Assembly: GCA_963663765.2 (NCBI GenBank)
Contig: CAXXUA010000004.1
Location: 896,001 to 960,000 of the forward strand
Reading direction: 5' to 3'
From: Candidatus Poribacteria bacterium
GTDB lineage: Bacteria; Poribacteria; WGA-4E; WGA-3G
Length of the DNA stretch: 64,000 nt
This document shows, one piece after another, positions 21,280 to 31,705 of this stretch; the stretch's first letter is position 1; the number at the start of each line of letters is the position of its first letter. The position numbers and the translations under genes are program-made. The notes under the pieces were generated by a model that ran no database searches, had not been told where the DNA came from, and was given only the letters and a program-made list of their open reading frames with translations.

Positions 21280-21391
21280 TCTAATAATACTGAAAATTCT
21301 GGTTCATACAAAAAAATCAACACCAAAAACTATTGTTTTGATGTTGATTTTATCAAGCACACAAGAAGAATTTGAAAAGATCAATTTTATA

Positions 21392-23278
21392 CTATCTTCC
21401 CCATCCGTTCTGAGGTCTTTGTCGCCGTTGAAGGATGACACGATCCCCTTCTGCTATACCACTTTTTACGATGACTTCTGTTTCGTTCTGTATACCAGTT
21501 TCAATGGGGGTTTCAATACCTTTACCACCATCACCGTTCTCCTTCATAACAAACTTCCCTTTTATAATATTTACCTGTGCCGGTACGCCATTTGCTTTCT
21601 TTTCGTCATTGATTAAGAGTGATATAGTTGCTGGTCCATTAACCAAACCACGTTGTGAACCATCCAAATTTATTGTTACGCTACCGCTACCAGCACTTTC
21701 AACAGTACCATTAAATGTTTTCTCACTTATAGTTTGCATCGTTACCGGTTTACCGACTTTGAAAGCCGATGTATTCCCAACTTGTGCGACAACCGTAGCA
21801 GAATTCTTGTTAATAACCGCATCAATAGGAAGCAGTAGAACATTCTTTTCTTCATAGGTAATAATGTCAACATCAGCACTCATACCCGGGCGGATGTTAC
21901 CCGACGTATCGACCACCTCAATCATCACCTCAAATGAAATGATGTTGTCTTGCTGCTGTCCACTTGGTGATATTTCGTAGACATTTCCGTTGAATTTTCT
22001 TGTTTGGAAAGCATCAATCTTAATCACCGCTGGTTGGCCAAGTTCAAGACGTTCCATATCTACTTCGTTGATGAAGGTTTTCACGACCATTTTTGAGAGA
22101 TCGGCAATCGTCATGATAGGAGGACTCTGTGAAAATGCAGAACGTCCAGAAGTAACAATTTCACCTTGTTCAATTTCAAGTCGTGTTACTGTACCTGACA
22201 TGGGAGCCTTAATAACTGTCCAAGCAAGACGTTCTTCTTGGTTCTTCAAGGTGCTTTGCCTGCGTAAAAGATTAGCATCTGCACTGACGCGAGATTGTTC
22301 TGTCATCAACTTTTCATTGTCAATTGTTGCATTTAACTCCTCCAACTGAGTCTTAGTATTATCCAGGCGTATTTGGCTTTCTTCTTCTGCCTTTTCACGT
22401 GTCTTTTTTAAATGTTCAAGGTTTAGTTGTTGGTAACTCAATTGTGATTCGCGCGTTTTTATGGCAGTCTTGCGAGCAAGAATAGTACGTTCTTGTGATT
22501 TGATGGTTTGCTTTTGTGATTCTACGCGCTTGTTAGCGTTTTGATACTGTGAATCCGCATTTGCATGACGAGATTTAGCATCTTCCAAAGATTGCTCGGA
22601 GACTAATTCCTTCTCAAAAAGAGACTTATTTCTTTCGTATTCTGATTTGGCAGTTTCTAACGAAATCTTTGAAGACGCAAGGGATGTTTCAAACTCAGCA
22701 AGTGTTAACTTGCCTTGTTCAAGTGATATTTTTGCTTGTTCTACTCCGATATTGTCCTGATCTAATAGATTTTTTGTCGCTTGAATATCTGTTTCGGCTG
22801 AACTGATTTGTGTTAGAGAAGTGGCTTTTGTCGTTTCAAGATTGGCTTGTGCTATTTTGACTGATGCTTCTGCCTGAGTCAGTTGACTGTTTAAACGTTC
22901 TTTTTTCAGTTCGATGTTTAACTGTGCCTGCATGAGTTGTGCTGCAGCAGCGTTAACATCAGCTTTTGCTTGCTTTTGTTCTTCCTGATATATTTCAGGA
23001 TTAAGTTTGACTAAGATCTGACCTTTTTCTACGTAGTCACCATCATTAACGGGCAGTTCAACGACTTCCCCCTCCACATTAGACTTCACTTCAACATCAA
23101 GCAGTGGTTCTAAATTACCGGTTGCCCGGATACTCATTTGGAAGTCACCGCGTTTGACTACCTCAATTTTTGGTGCAAGTGAAGGGTCCACCCCGTTTTT
23201 GTTCCGGCTAAGCACAACCCAACCAGCAGCGACCACGAGAACAACTATAATACAAACAGTAATAATTAACTTTCTCAA
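21392..23278 (-). CDS. MacA/HlyD-like periplasmic adaptor with a long coiled coil
   Basis: N-terminal TM anchor; VEVKSNVEG…V.DGDYVEKGQ; IKAPMSGTV; IRPGMSADV. Confidence 0.85.
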   Translation of the reverse strand: MRKLIITVCIIVVLVVAAGWVVLSRNKNGVDPSLAPKIEVVKRGDFQMSIRATGNLEPLLDVEVKSNVEGEVVELPVNDGDYVEKGQILVKLNPEIYQEEQKQAKADVNAAAAQLMQAQLNIELKKERLNSQLTQAEASVKIAQANLETTKATSLTQISSAETDIQATKNLLDQDNIGVEQAKISLEQGKLTLAEFETSLASSKISLETAKSEYERNKSLFEKELVSEQSLEDAKSRHANADSQYQNANKRVESQKQTIKSQERTILARKTAIKTRESQLSYQQLNLEHLKKTREKAEEESQIRLDNTKTQLEELNATIDNEKLMTEQSRVSADANLLRRQSTLKNQEERLAWTVIKAPMSGTVTRLEIEQGEIVTSGRSAFSQSPPIMTIADLSKMVVKTFINEVDMERLELGQPAVIKIDAFQTRKFNGNVYEISPSGQQQDNIISFEVMIEVVDTSGNIRPGMSADVDIITYEEKNVLLLPIDAVINKNSATVVAQVGNTSAFKVGKPVTMQTISEKTFNGTVESAGSGSVTINLDGSQRGLVNGPATISLLINDEKKANGVPAQVNIIKGKFVMKENGDGGKGIETPIETGIQNETEVIVKSGIAEGDRVILQRRQRPQNGWGR

Positions 23279-23319
23279 AACTTATTCCTCCAAAATGATT
23301 CTTTAGAATTGTATCTGTT

Positions 23320-24636
23320 CTAATCTGTACGAAGGGCTTCAACAGGTGTAAGTTTCGCAGCTTTGTGCGCAGGATAAAGACCAAAGAAAACACCTATTGC
23401 AACAGATACAACCAAAGCAATAAACATGGTTTCAAATGATATGACCGAAGGCCAGTTGCTTCCTTCCCATACAAACTTTGATATGAGCGCCGCCGTACCT
23501 TGTCCCATAAACACACCTAAGATTGAACCGAGAATTCCACCAGTTAGTGTTAAGACAGATGCTTCAATAAGAAATTGCGTAATAATATCGTTGAAAGTTG
23601 CTCCAAGTGCCTTACGTAACCCAATTTCTTTCGTGCGATCTGTAACGGAGACAAGCATAATATTCATCACACCGATACCTGCAACCATCAATGCAATACC
23701 CGCAATCCCACCCATGAGTGCTTTCATAACTAAACCGACTTTGTTTGCAGTAGCCAATTCTTCAGTGGCAGTCCAATAATTATATTCCTCTCCCGTGTTT
23801 TTGTGAATTCTACCTAAAATCTGTTTTGCGTCTGAGATGACCAACGGTATATTTTCTACCTCTGTCGCTTCAACACGAATTCGTTCAACGTCCTGCCGAC
23901 CTTTGAACCGTTCTTGTAGAGTCGTAATAGGGATAATGAATCTATCATCCCAACCTGTCGTGTCCATCGCATCGCCCTTTTCTTCCATTACACCAATAAC
24001 TTTAAGGCGCACTTCATACAATCCACTACGACCCCGCCAGAACGAAGGACGCGACGCTTTGATTTCTTTACCTACAGGATCTTCGTTGAGAAATACTTCC
24101 TCAGCAATCTTTGAACCTATCACAGCAACACTACTTGAAGATTCAACCTCTTCTGGACGGAAAAACCTACCACTTGAGGTGTACCAGTTATATGATCTAT
24201 CATATCCTGCGGTAGATGCGACTATTCTGGACTCTTTTGAACGTCCCTTATAACTTACATTCCAACCCGGCATATCATCTTCAGCGACGACATTCACGAT
24301 TCCGCGAGCATTTCTCAAGATTTCAAACGCATCATCAGTTTCAAGGTGTTCTGCTCGGTTCCGTCGCCAACGACTTTTACCTCTGACCGCTTCACCTGCA
24401 GCACGACTTAAAGTACCCGATTGCCGATCCCAATCATCTTTGTAGATTTCTATTATCTTTGTACCGCCAGTACGTTCGATTTCACGTAACACCATTTCCG
24501 TAGAACCATCACCAACAGAGACCATACTAACAACAGAGCCAACTCCTACGATTATCCCCAATATGGTCAAACTGGAACGTAGAGGATTACGTCTTAGACT
24601 GACAATACCTAATATAATACATTCAAATAGACTCAT
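23320..24636 (-). CDS. MacB/FtsX-family ABC permease
   Basis: LRSSLTILGIIVGV, GIGVMNIMLVSVTDRTKEIGLRKALGA, LTPVEALR. Confidence 0.92.
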   Translation of the reverse strand: MSLFECIILGIVSLRRNPLRSSLTILGIIVGVGSVVSMVSVGDGSTEMVLREIERTGGTKIIEIYKDDWDRQSGTLSRAAGEAVRGKSRWRRNRAEHLETDDAFEILRNARGIVNVVAEDDMPGWNVSYKGRSKESRIVASTAGYDRSYNWYTSSGRFFRPEEVESSSSVAVIGSKIAEEVFLNEDPVGKEIKASRPSFWRGRSGLYEVRLKVIGVMEEKGDAMDTTGWDDRFIIPITTLQERFKGRQDVERIRVEATEVENIPLVISDAKQILGRIHKNTGEEYNYWTATEELATANKVGLVMKALMGGIAGIALMVAGIGVMNIMLVSVTDRTKEIGLRKALGATFNDIITQFLIEASVLTLTGGILGSILGVFMGQGTAALISKFVWEGSNWPSVISFETMFIALVVSVAIGVFFGLYPAHKAAKLTPVEALRTD

Positions 24637-24651
24637 ATTGATTTCCTCTTA

Positions 24652-25953
24652 TTACTCAGTTCGCAATGCTTCTATTGGAGACAAGGCAGACGCTTTTAAT
24701 GCTGGATACAGACCGAATGATATACCAATCAATGCTGAAAATGAAACTGAAATTATGACCCAACTTAAGGAAATAACTGAAGGCCAATCAGGTACAAGTT
24801 TAACGATCTTCACTGCAAGAAGTGCCATGCCTTCACCTGCAAGATAACCCAAACCTACACCAATTGCTCCACCAATTAGACACATTGATATTGATTCTAT
24901 AAGGAACTGAACCAAAATATCTAAACGTTTTGCCCCGAGTGCTTTTCTTAGTCCAATCTCACGTGTACGTTCAGTAACAGCAACCAACATCATATTCATT
25001 ATCCCAATACCACCAATAAGTAAAGAAAATCCAGCAATACTGCCAAGTGCGATTTTAATGACTCTACTAATTTTTTCCAACTGTGCCATACCTTCACGCA
25101 TATCCCTAAGGCTAAAAAAGTCGTCCTGATTGTTATGTCTTTTTCTCAGGACATCTTTTACCTCTTCAATCGCTTTTGGCACATCCTCAACAGTTTTTGC
25201 GTGTACTGAAAGCATGGTAATATAGTCGTTACCTGTAAAACGTTCTTGTGCAGTTGTAAGAGGCAAGAAAAGCATATCGTCAAGGTTCCATCCGAATCTT
25301 AGACTTCTACCCCTTGGATTCATTACGCCTATAACAGTAAATCGCTCAGCAATTCGAGACTGATCCTTTCTACCCCATCGGTCATGTCGATCTCCACCAC
25401 GACCAATTTTGATTTCTTTGTTAATTGGTGACATATTCCCGAATAGGTTAAAGGCTACCTCTGTTCCTAATACACAGACTTTTGCTTTGTGCTCCATATC
25501 CTCGTCAGATATAAAACGACCTTCCTGAATACCCCAATCCATTGCATCTGAAAATGAAGCATCTACACCATTATATCCGCTACGCGCTTCCGAACCATCA
25601 GAAGTTTGAATTAAGACTCCTCTCCATTCTGGTATTCGGGGAACGGCAACTTTTACGGATGGACATTCCGCTTCTATCATTAATACGTCTTCGTACTCAA
25701 AATGTTCGTTGCTACGATTAGGCACCCAATTACTCCCAACACGTTTATAACTGCTACGAAACATCGTAAATTGGTTGACACCCCCGAGTTTTTGTGCATC
25801 TTGCAACACAATCTCTTTTGCACCATCACCAATTGAAATCATAGCAAGGACAGAAGCAACGCCAATGATTATACCCAGCATTGTTAACAATGACCGTAAT
25901 TTGTTACTACGGATAGCTGAAATACCAACGAATAATCCCTCGAATATGCGCAT
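24652..25953 (-). CDS. MacB/FtsX-family ABC permease
   Basis: LRSLLTMLGIIIGV, GIGIMNMMLVAVTERTREIGLRKALGA. Confidence 0.92.
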   Translation of the reverse strand: MRIFEGLFVGISAIRSNKLRSLLTMLGIIIGVASVLAMISIGDGAKEIVLQDAQKLGGVNQFTMFRSSYKRVGSNWVPNRSNEHFEYEDVLMIEAECPSVKVAVPRIPEWRGVLIQTSDGSEARSGYNGVDASFSDAMDWGIQEGRFISDEDMEHKAKVCVLGTEVAFNLFGNMSPINKEIKIGRGGDRHDRWGRKDQSRIAERFTVIGVMNPRGRSLRFGWNLDDMLFLPLTTAQERFTGNDYITMLSVHAKTVEDVPKAIEEVKDVLRKRHNNQDDFFSLRDMREGMAQLEKISRVIKIALGSIAGFSLLIGGIGIMNMMLVAVTERTREIGLRKALGAKRLDILVQFLIESISMCLIGGAIGVGLGYLAGEGMALLAVKIVKLVPDWPSVISLSWVIISVSFSALIGISFGLYPALKASALSPIEALRTE

Positions 25954-26243
25954 CGTCTATCTCCCAAAGCCCATAAAAGTAGTTATTCTCCACCTTGTAA
26001 GTTAGACAGAAAAAAGCACAAAAAGTTCTAAAATTTATTTTTAGAGAATTGTTGGTTATTTCATCCTTATTGTGTGATAAGATTCAATCATTGCTGGAAT
26101 AGAATTGTAGCAAATTTTGACGTAAAATTGCGAATTGGGTTTATTGTGTTTTGTTATGGTTGATTTAAAAAATACAATTGCTTCAATTTACGATGTTATA
26201 GTCATGTGGTTTATATTACCTATTGCAATTGGTAGGATGCAAT

Positions 26244-26337
26244 TGGTAGGAGCGACCTCCCGGTCGCGACCGTATGAAGATTGTGCTACAACTGACCTCA
26301 CAATCTGACAGAATGCCTATTATTGGCGAAGGTATTG
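26244..26337. repeat. solo REP plus the right end of MITE family F
   Basis: GTAGGAGCGACCTCCCGGTCGCGA, then GAAGATTGTGCTACAACTGACC…TGGCGAAGGTATTG as at 31666-31727. Confidence 0.6.
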
Positions 26338-26374
26338 TATTATTAGAAGTGGTATTATACCCACTAATTTACTT

Positions 26375-26938
26375 CTATACTCTCAAAAAGTTACCTAATA
26401 GACTTTTACCAGCAGTAGTTAAAATAGACTCTGGATGAAATTGCACCCCCCAGATAGGTAAGGTTTTATGTCGGATTCCCATAATTTCGGCTTGATCCGT
26501 CCATGCTGTGATTTCAAGACAATCTGGCAATGTCTCTTTTCTTAAAATAAGGGAATGGTAGCGCGTTGCTTTAAACGGATTGTCTAAATCCCTGAAAAGT
26601 TCTTTGTCATTATGATGAATCATAGAAGTTTTTCCGTGCATTAACCGATCTGCGCGTACGACTTCTCCACCAAACACATCACCCACACACTGATGCCCCA
26701 AACATACACCTAAAATCGGCACTTTTCCAGCAAAGTGTTTTATTACATCATTGGATATACCTGCCTCTCTTGGAGTACATGGTCCGGGAGAGATGACAAC
26801 ACGTTCAGGTTTCAAAGCATCTAATTCTTCTATGCCGATTTTACGACTACGATGTACCTCCAATTCCGCGCCAAGTTCCCCAAAATATTGTACAAGATTA
26901 TATGTAAATGAGTCGTAGTTATCTATCATTAAGACCAT
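26375..26938 (-). CDS. trpG: anthranilate synthase component II (glutamine amidotransferase)
   Basis: [33 protein letters not shown]; adjacent to trpE. Confidence 0.9.
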   Translation of the reverse strand: MVLMIDNYDSFTYNLVQYFGELGAELEVHRSRKIGIEELDALKPERVVISPGPCTPREAGISNDVIKHFAGKVPILGVCLGHQCVGDVFGGEVVRADRLMHGKTSMIHHNDKELFRDLDNPFKATRYHSLILRKETLPDCLEITAWTDQAEIMGIRHKTLPIWGVQFHPESILTTAGKSLLGNFLRV

Positions 26939-26949
26939 CTTCTTGCCTC

Positions 26950-28452
26950 CTATAACACCAAACCTTGCTGCGCTATTTCAATCGCAGTGAGTAAAGCCCA
27001 TGCCTTGCTCACGGTTTCATAATACTCATTTTCAGGTACCGAATCAGCAACGACTCCACCTCCAGCTTGTACATAAGCTATACCGTTCTTGATAACTGCT
27101 GTTCGAATCGTAATTGCGGTGTCTGCACTACCAGAAAAACTGAAGTAACCGACTGCACCACCATACGGACCCCGCCGAGTCGGTTCCAATTCGTCAATTA
27201 TCTCCATTGCACGTATTTTAGGGGCACCAGAAAGTGTGCCAGCAGGTAAGCAGGAACGTATGACATCAAATGCGGTAAGATTATCGCGTAATTGTCCCGT
27301 AACATGTGACACAATGTGCATCACATGCGAATAACGTTCAACTATCATTAGTTCCGTCACCTTAACGGTGTGATATTCACACACACGTCCAAGGTCGTTA
27401 CGTCCCAAGTCAACCAACATGACATGTTCGGCGCGTTCCTTTGGATCAGCAAGGAGTTTCTGTTCAAACTCACGATCTTCAACGTCTGTCTTACCACGCG
27501 GAAGTGTTCCCGCAATGGGTCGCGTCTGGACAAGACCATCTTCAACACGTACCATCATTTCAGGGGATGCCCCGACAATTTCAAATCCATCACACTTTAG
27601 GAAGTACATATAAGGCGATGGGTTTACAACTCGTAACGCTCGATAGATATCAAATGAATCAACGGATACAGGACGGCTAAACCGTTGGGATGGTACAACC
27701 TGGATTATGTCCCCTGCTGCGATGTATTCTTTCGCTCGCATCACCGCTGCTTCGTACTCTGACTTTGTAAAATTTGAAGGTGGGTCTGGAACAGTATCTG
27801 GATGACTATCACTGTCACTAACAGCAATTTCTCTTTGGTGTTCTTCAGAGACTGAAGTTAGTTTTTCAACTAACTTGTCAATTTTGCTAACAGCATCTGT
27901 GTAAGCTGCATCTACATCTTTGTTAATATGCGCATTTGCTACAACCTTAATCTGATGATTTACATGGTCAAATATCAAGATTGTCTCAGCAATCATGAAA
28001 AAGCAATCAGGAAGTTCCAGTTCATCTGCTGTATCATCGGGTAGTTCTTCTACGAAACGCACCATATCATAACTCAGAAAACCGACTGCACCTCCATGAA
28101 ATTCTGGCAAACCATCTACACTAACGGGTTGATAATTTTGCATTACTTCTTCAAGGGCAGCCAATGGATCCTCGTACTCTTTAGATACCTTTTCACCTTT
28201 TGTCAAATACTCAATAGTTACTTGGTGTCCCTTGCTTTGGAATAAGACAGATGGTTGACTACCCAAAAACGAGTATCTCGCTACGGTTTCTCCACCTTCA
28301 ACACTCTCCAATAAGAACGCATGTTTGTTGGGTAATAACTTATAGAAGGCAGATACAGGCGTCTCCATATCTGCTAAAATTGACCGATATACAGGTATGG
28401 TATTTCCATTTCTTGATTTTTTCTTGAATTCATTTAAAGTTGGATAATACAT
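26950..28452 (-). CDS. trpE: anthranilate synthase component I
   Basis: LLES (Trp feedback site), [36 protein letters not shown]. Confidence 0.95.
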   Translation of the reverse strand: MYYPTLNEFKKKSRNGNTIPVYRSILADMETPVSAFYKLLPNKHAFLLESVEGGETVARYSFLGSQPSVLFQSKGHQVTIEYLTKGEKVSKEYEDPLAALEEVMQNYQPVSVDGLPEFHGGAVGFLSYDMVRFVEELPDDTADELELPDCFFMIAETILIFDHVNHQIKVVANAHINKDVDAAYTDAVSKIDKLVEKLTSVSEEHQREIAVSDSDSHPDTVPDPPSNFTKSEYEAAVMRAKEYIAAGDIIQVVPSQRFSRPVSVDSFDIYRALRVVNPSPYMYFLKCDGFEIVGASPEMMVRVEDGLVQTRPIAGTLPRGKTDVEDREFEQKLLADPKERAEHVMLVDLGRNDLGRVCEYHTVKVTELMIVERYSHVMHIVSHVTGQLRDNLTAFDVIRSCLPAGTLSGAPKIRAMEIIDELEPTRRGPYGGAVGYFSFSGSADTAITIRTAVIKNGIAYVQAGGGVVADSVPENEYYETVSKAWALLTAIEIAQQGLVL

Positions 28453-28619
28453 TGAATAACTCCTAATTTGTATATTCTACATCAAAATTAATTTCATTTA
28501 CTTACAATATGTCTATAAGACACAAGAATAATAACCATTTTGCATGATTGATAATCAAATTTATCAAAATGATTTGATGCCAATATACCCAATATACAAT
28601 GAATCAGGAAAATCAATGA

Positions 28620-29000
28620 CTAATAAACCTCGTTAGCATCAAATATTTTTTGTCCTACCACACTTGTTGAATCACCGTCGGGGGAGACTTCGCGAAAGAA
28701 ACAGGAACGAAAACCTGTATGGCAAGCTGCTACTTTCTGAGCAACTTTTATGAGTAGGGCATCGCCATCACAGTCAACTGCAATGGACTCAACGGTCTGT
28801 GTATGCCCCGAAGTCTCCCCCTTAATCCACAACTTTTGACGAGAACGACTCCAGAAGCAGACACGTCCTGTTGACAATGTTTGTTTGATCGCTTCAACGT
28901 TCATATAACCTACCATCAACACTTCATTGTTTGTCTTATCTTGTATAACTGCTGCAACCAGTCCGTTGTGATCGAACTTTATTTCTGATAGGAATTTCAT
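28620..29000 (-). CDS. hisI: phosphoribosyl-AMP cyclohydrolase
   Basis: WSRSRQKLW.KGETSGH, DCDGD, ACHTG..SCF. Confidence 0.95.
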   Translation of the reverse strand: MKFLSEIKFDHNGLVAAVIQDKTNNEVLMVGYMNVEAIKQTLSTGRVCFWSRSRQKLWIKGETSGHTQTVESIAVDCDGDALLIKVAQKVAACHTGFRSCFFREVSPDGDSTSVVGQKIFDANEVY

Positions 29001-29023
29001 AGTTTCTCCTTCGTTATAAAAAC

Positions 29024-29062
29024 AAAAAACCTTATGCCACTAACTTTGGTGTGTGCATAAGG
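29024..29062 (-). terminator. intrinsic terminator (attenuator) upstream of hisI
   Basis: CCTTATGCACAC…GTGGCATAAGG followed by TTTTTT. Confidence 0.75.
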
Positions 29063-29096
29063 CTTACAAGTAATAATAGAATAGACCTAATTTGGC

Positions 29097-29192
29097 TTAG
29101 CGCGCACACCCCCATATACTGGTATCGGAACGCCACCAATGCCAATCGTTGGAAAATCTATGTGAACTGGATTGTGTCTTAGAATATTTCAT
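29097..29192 (-). CDS. attenuator leader peptide MKYSKTQSSSHRFSNDWHWWRSDTSIWGCAR (trpL-like)
   Basis: 31-codon ORF with a TGG CAT TGG TGG cluster between the promoter and the terminator. Confidence 0.75.
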   Translation of the reverse strand: MKYSKTQSSSHRFSNDWHWWRSDTSIWGCAR

Positions 29193-29247
29193 TACATACG
29201 TCATTGTTTTGCAGGTGTCACAACTTATAACTTCTATTTTTTGTTTA

Positions 29248-29276
29248 ATAATACCATATTTGAACTCAATATGCAA
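29248..29276 (-). promoter_or_regulatory. sigma70 promoter for leader-hisI-trpEG
   Basis: TTGCAT-N17-TATTAT with TG extended -10. Confidence 0.55.
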
Positions 29277-29294
29277 ATAAAAAATGCCGTCAGG

Positions 29295-29710
29295 CAGGAT
29301 TATTCAGTTTTCCTGATTTTTGGATTTATCCAAAAAGAAACTACGCGGTAGGAGCGACCTCCCGGTCGCGACCGTTCACTGCGTTGGTAGGAGCAACCTC
29401 CCGGTCGCGACCGTTCACTGCGTCGGTAGGAGCAACCTCACGGTCGCGACCGTGCCCTGCGTCGGTAGGAGCAACCTCCCGATCGCGACCGTTCACTGCG
29501 TTGGTAGGAGCAACCTCCCAGTCCCGACCGTTCACTGCGTCGGTAGGAGCAACCTCCCGATCGCGACCGTTCACTGCGTTGGTAGGAGCAACCTCCCGAT
29601 CGCGACCGTTCACTGCGTTGGTAGGAGCGACCCGTTGCAAACCATTGGGTGAAAGAACACATGGCATTCACCATGTTTCATACCTTTGATTTGAAAATTA
29701 AATAATCCTG
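29295..29710. repeat. family A-type element containing a tandem array of about 7.5 x 39-bp GTAG REP units
   Basis: CAGGATTATTCAGTTTT…AAAATTAAATAATCCTG ends; unit GTAGGAGCAACCTCCCGATCGCGACCGTTCACTGCGTTG (29348-29632). Confidence 0.8.
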
Positions 29711-30347
29711 AAAATCCTGGTTCAGACAAAGAATGAGTTAACTCCAAAAAGTAAGCAACACAGGATTAACAGCTGTGATAGAATTTACTCAATAAATTGA
29801 AAACTGAACAAACCCTGCAAGAATGTAAGGGTGTGTAAAGTTTTTGTAGAAACCCTGATATTATAGTGGATTTTAGAATTATTTTTACACTTTCAGGTGT
29901 AGGAGGGAACTCCGATTCCCGACTATCAAGGTGTTCAGTCGCGATTCGGAGATCGCTCCTACAGAAAAAGTGTAAAAATAATTGTATATTTCACTACAAT
30001 ACCTTCGCCATTTTTGAGTGTTTCAATTGAATGAGTATATAGTGTTGATCTACCATTGCTCTGTGATATTGTTAGGATTACATAAATAAAAATAACTTCA
30101 GGTTTTCGTTGAAGTATTTTTAATTATCATAGCGTCTAATTTGACGATAGAATCTGACAGAATAATTTATATGCACAATCTGGATGAAGATAAATTAATT
30201 TATTAATTAATTTATTAATCGGGTAATAAATATTTTTCAGATGGTAGGCGGGGAATGCCTAAAGAAGCATGCGCGTATGGCATGCTCCATGATTCATACC
30301 GTTGATTTGGTGGTTTGTAAGCGCGCTCTTGGGACTTGATGTGCCAG

Positions 30348-31164
30348 CGCGCTTACAAAGCAGGGCTGCAGTTGGTAGCGCGCTTACAAAGCAGGGCTGC
30401 AGTTGGTGGTGCGCTTACAAAGCACGGCTGCAGTTGGTGGCGCGCTTACAAAGCACGCCTGCAGGTGGGTGGCAGTTGGGGGGCGCGCTTGAAAAGCACG
30501 CCTGCAGTTGGAGTGCAGTTGGGGGGCGCGCTTACAAAGCACGCCTGCAGTTGGTGGCAGGTTGGGGGGCGCGCTTACAAAGCACGCCTGCAGTTGGTGG
30601 CAGGTTGGTGGCGCGCTTACAAAGCACGCCTGCAGTTGGGTGGCGCGCTTACAAAGCACGCCTGCAGGTGGGTGGCAGGTGGGTGGCGCGCGGACAAAGC
30701 ACGGCTGCAGTTGGGGGACAGTTGGGGGGTGCGCTTACAAAGCACGGCTGCAGTTGGTGGTGCGCTTACAAAGCAGGGCTGCAGTTGGTGGTGCGCTTAC
30801 AAAGCACGGCTGCAGTTGGTGGCGCGCTTACAAAGCAGGGCTGCAGTTGGTGGCGCGCTTACAAAGCACGCCTGCAGTTGGGTGGCAGTTGGGTGGCGCG
30901 CTTGCAAAGCACGCCTGCAGTTGGTGGCAGGTTGGTGGCGCGCTTACAAAGCACGGCTGCAGTTGGTGGCGCGCTTACAAAGCACGGCTGCAGTTGGTGG
31001 CGCGCTTACAAAGCACGGCTGCAGTTGGTGGCGCGCTTACAAAGCACGGCTGCAGTTGGGTGGCAGGTTGGTGGCGCGCTTACAAAGCACGCCTGCAGGT
31101 GGGTGGCAGGTGGGTGGCGCGCTTACAAAGCACGTCTACCATCGGGGGGGCGCTTACAAAGCAC
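30348..31164. repeat. array of about 23 REP-derived repeats GCGCGCTTACAAAGCACGCCTGCAG with short G/T-rich linkers
   Basis: Periods of about 31-32 or 42-44 bp; linkers built from TTGGTG, GGTGG and GGGGG. Confidence 0.9.
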
Positions 31165-31307
31165 CATAGGCGTCAATTTAAGAAAATATTGTTGTCATTT
31201 TTCTTGTGGGAGGGGTTTTCAACCTCGATTTGAGCGGAAATGCACTAAAAAATCGGGGTTGAAAACCCCTCCCACAAGAGGTGAAAATCCTTAAATTGAC
31301 GCCTATG
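31165..31307. mobile_element. MITE family H (143 bp) with an inverted GTGGGAGGGGTTTTCAACC pair
   Basis: TIR CATAGGCGTCAATTTAAG; near-identical to 34943-35085. Confidence 0.85.
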
Positions 31308-31566
31308 ATTAGGTTTATAATGCACACATATCGTCCCTACGGGACTAAAGAGGATGTACTATGACGTTTTCTATAAACATATCGTCCCTACGGGACTAAA
31401 GAGGATGTACTATGACGTATTTCTATAAACATATCGTCCCTACGGGACTGAAGATCGTTACAAACTATGAAGTACACCTGCCAACGTCATGTTTATGTAT
31501 AACATTGATTAACATACAGTTATTTAGCACAACTCGTTATATCAGCAATCTGACAGAATAATTTAT

Positions 31567-31705
31567 ATGCACAATCTGGCAGAATGTGCTACAACTACCC
31601 GCACAATCTGGCAGAATGTGCTACAACTACCCGCACAATCTGGCAGAATGTGCTACAACTACATGGAAGATTGTGCTACAACTGACCGCACAATCTGGCA
31701 GAATG
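31567..31705. repeat. 32-bp tandem repeat (3-4 copies) inside family F
   Basis: GCACAATCTGGCAGAATGTGCTACAACTACC repeated. Confidence 0.75.

Noticed and set aside
21077-21616. 179-aa plus-strand ORF
   Set aside because: Made of MITE sequence plus the antisense of the adaptor gene
30348-31164. CRISPR array
   Set aside because: Linkers are short (6-19 nt), repetitive and low-complexity; the repeat equals a dispersed REP; no cas genes in the window
29320-31294. Repetitive ORFs (for example 330, 277 and 241 aa)
   Set aside because: Open in several frames only because the repeats lack stop codons; no RBS; composition unlike real genes here
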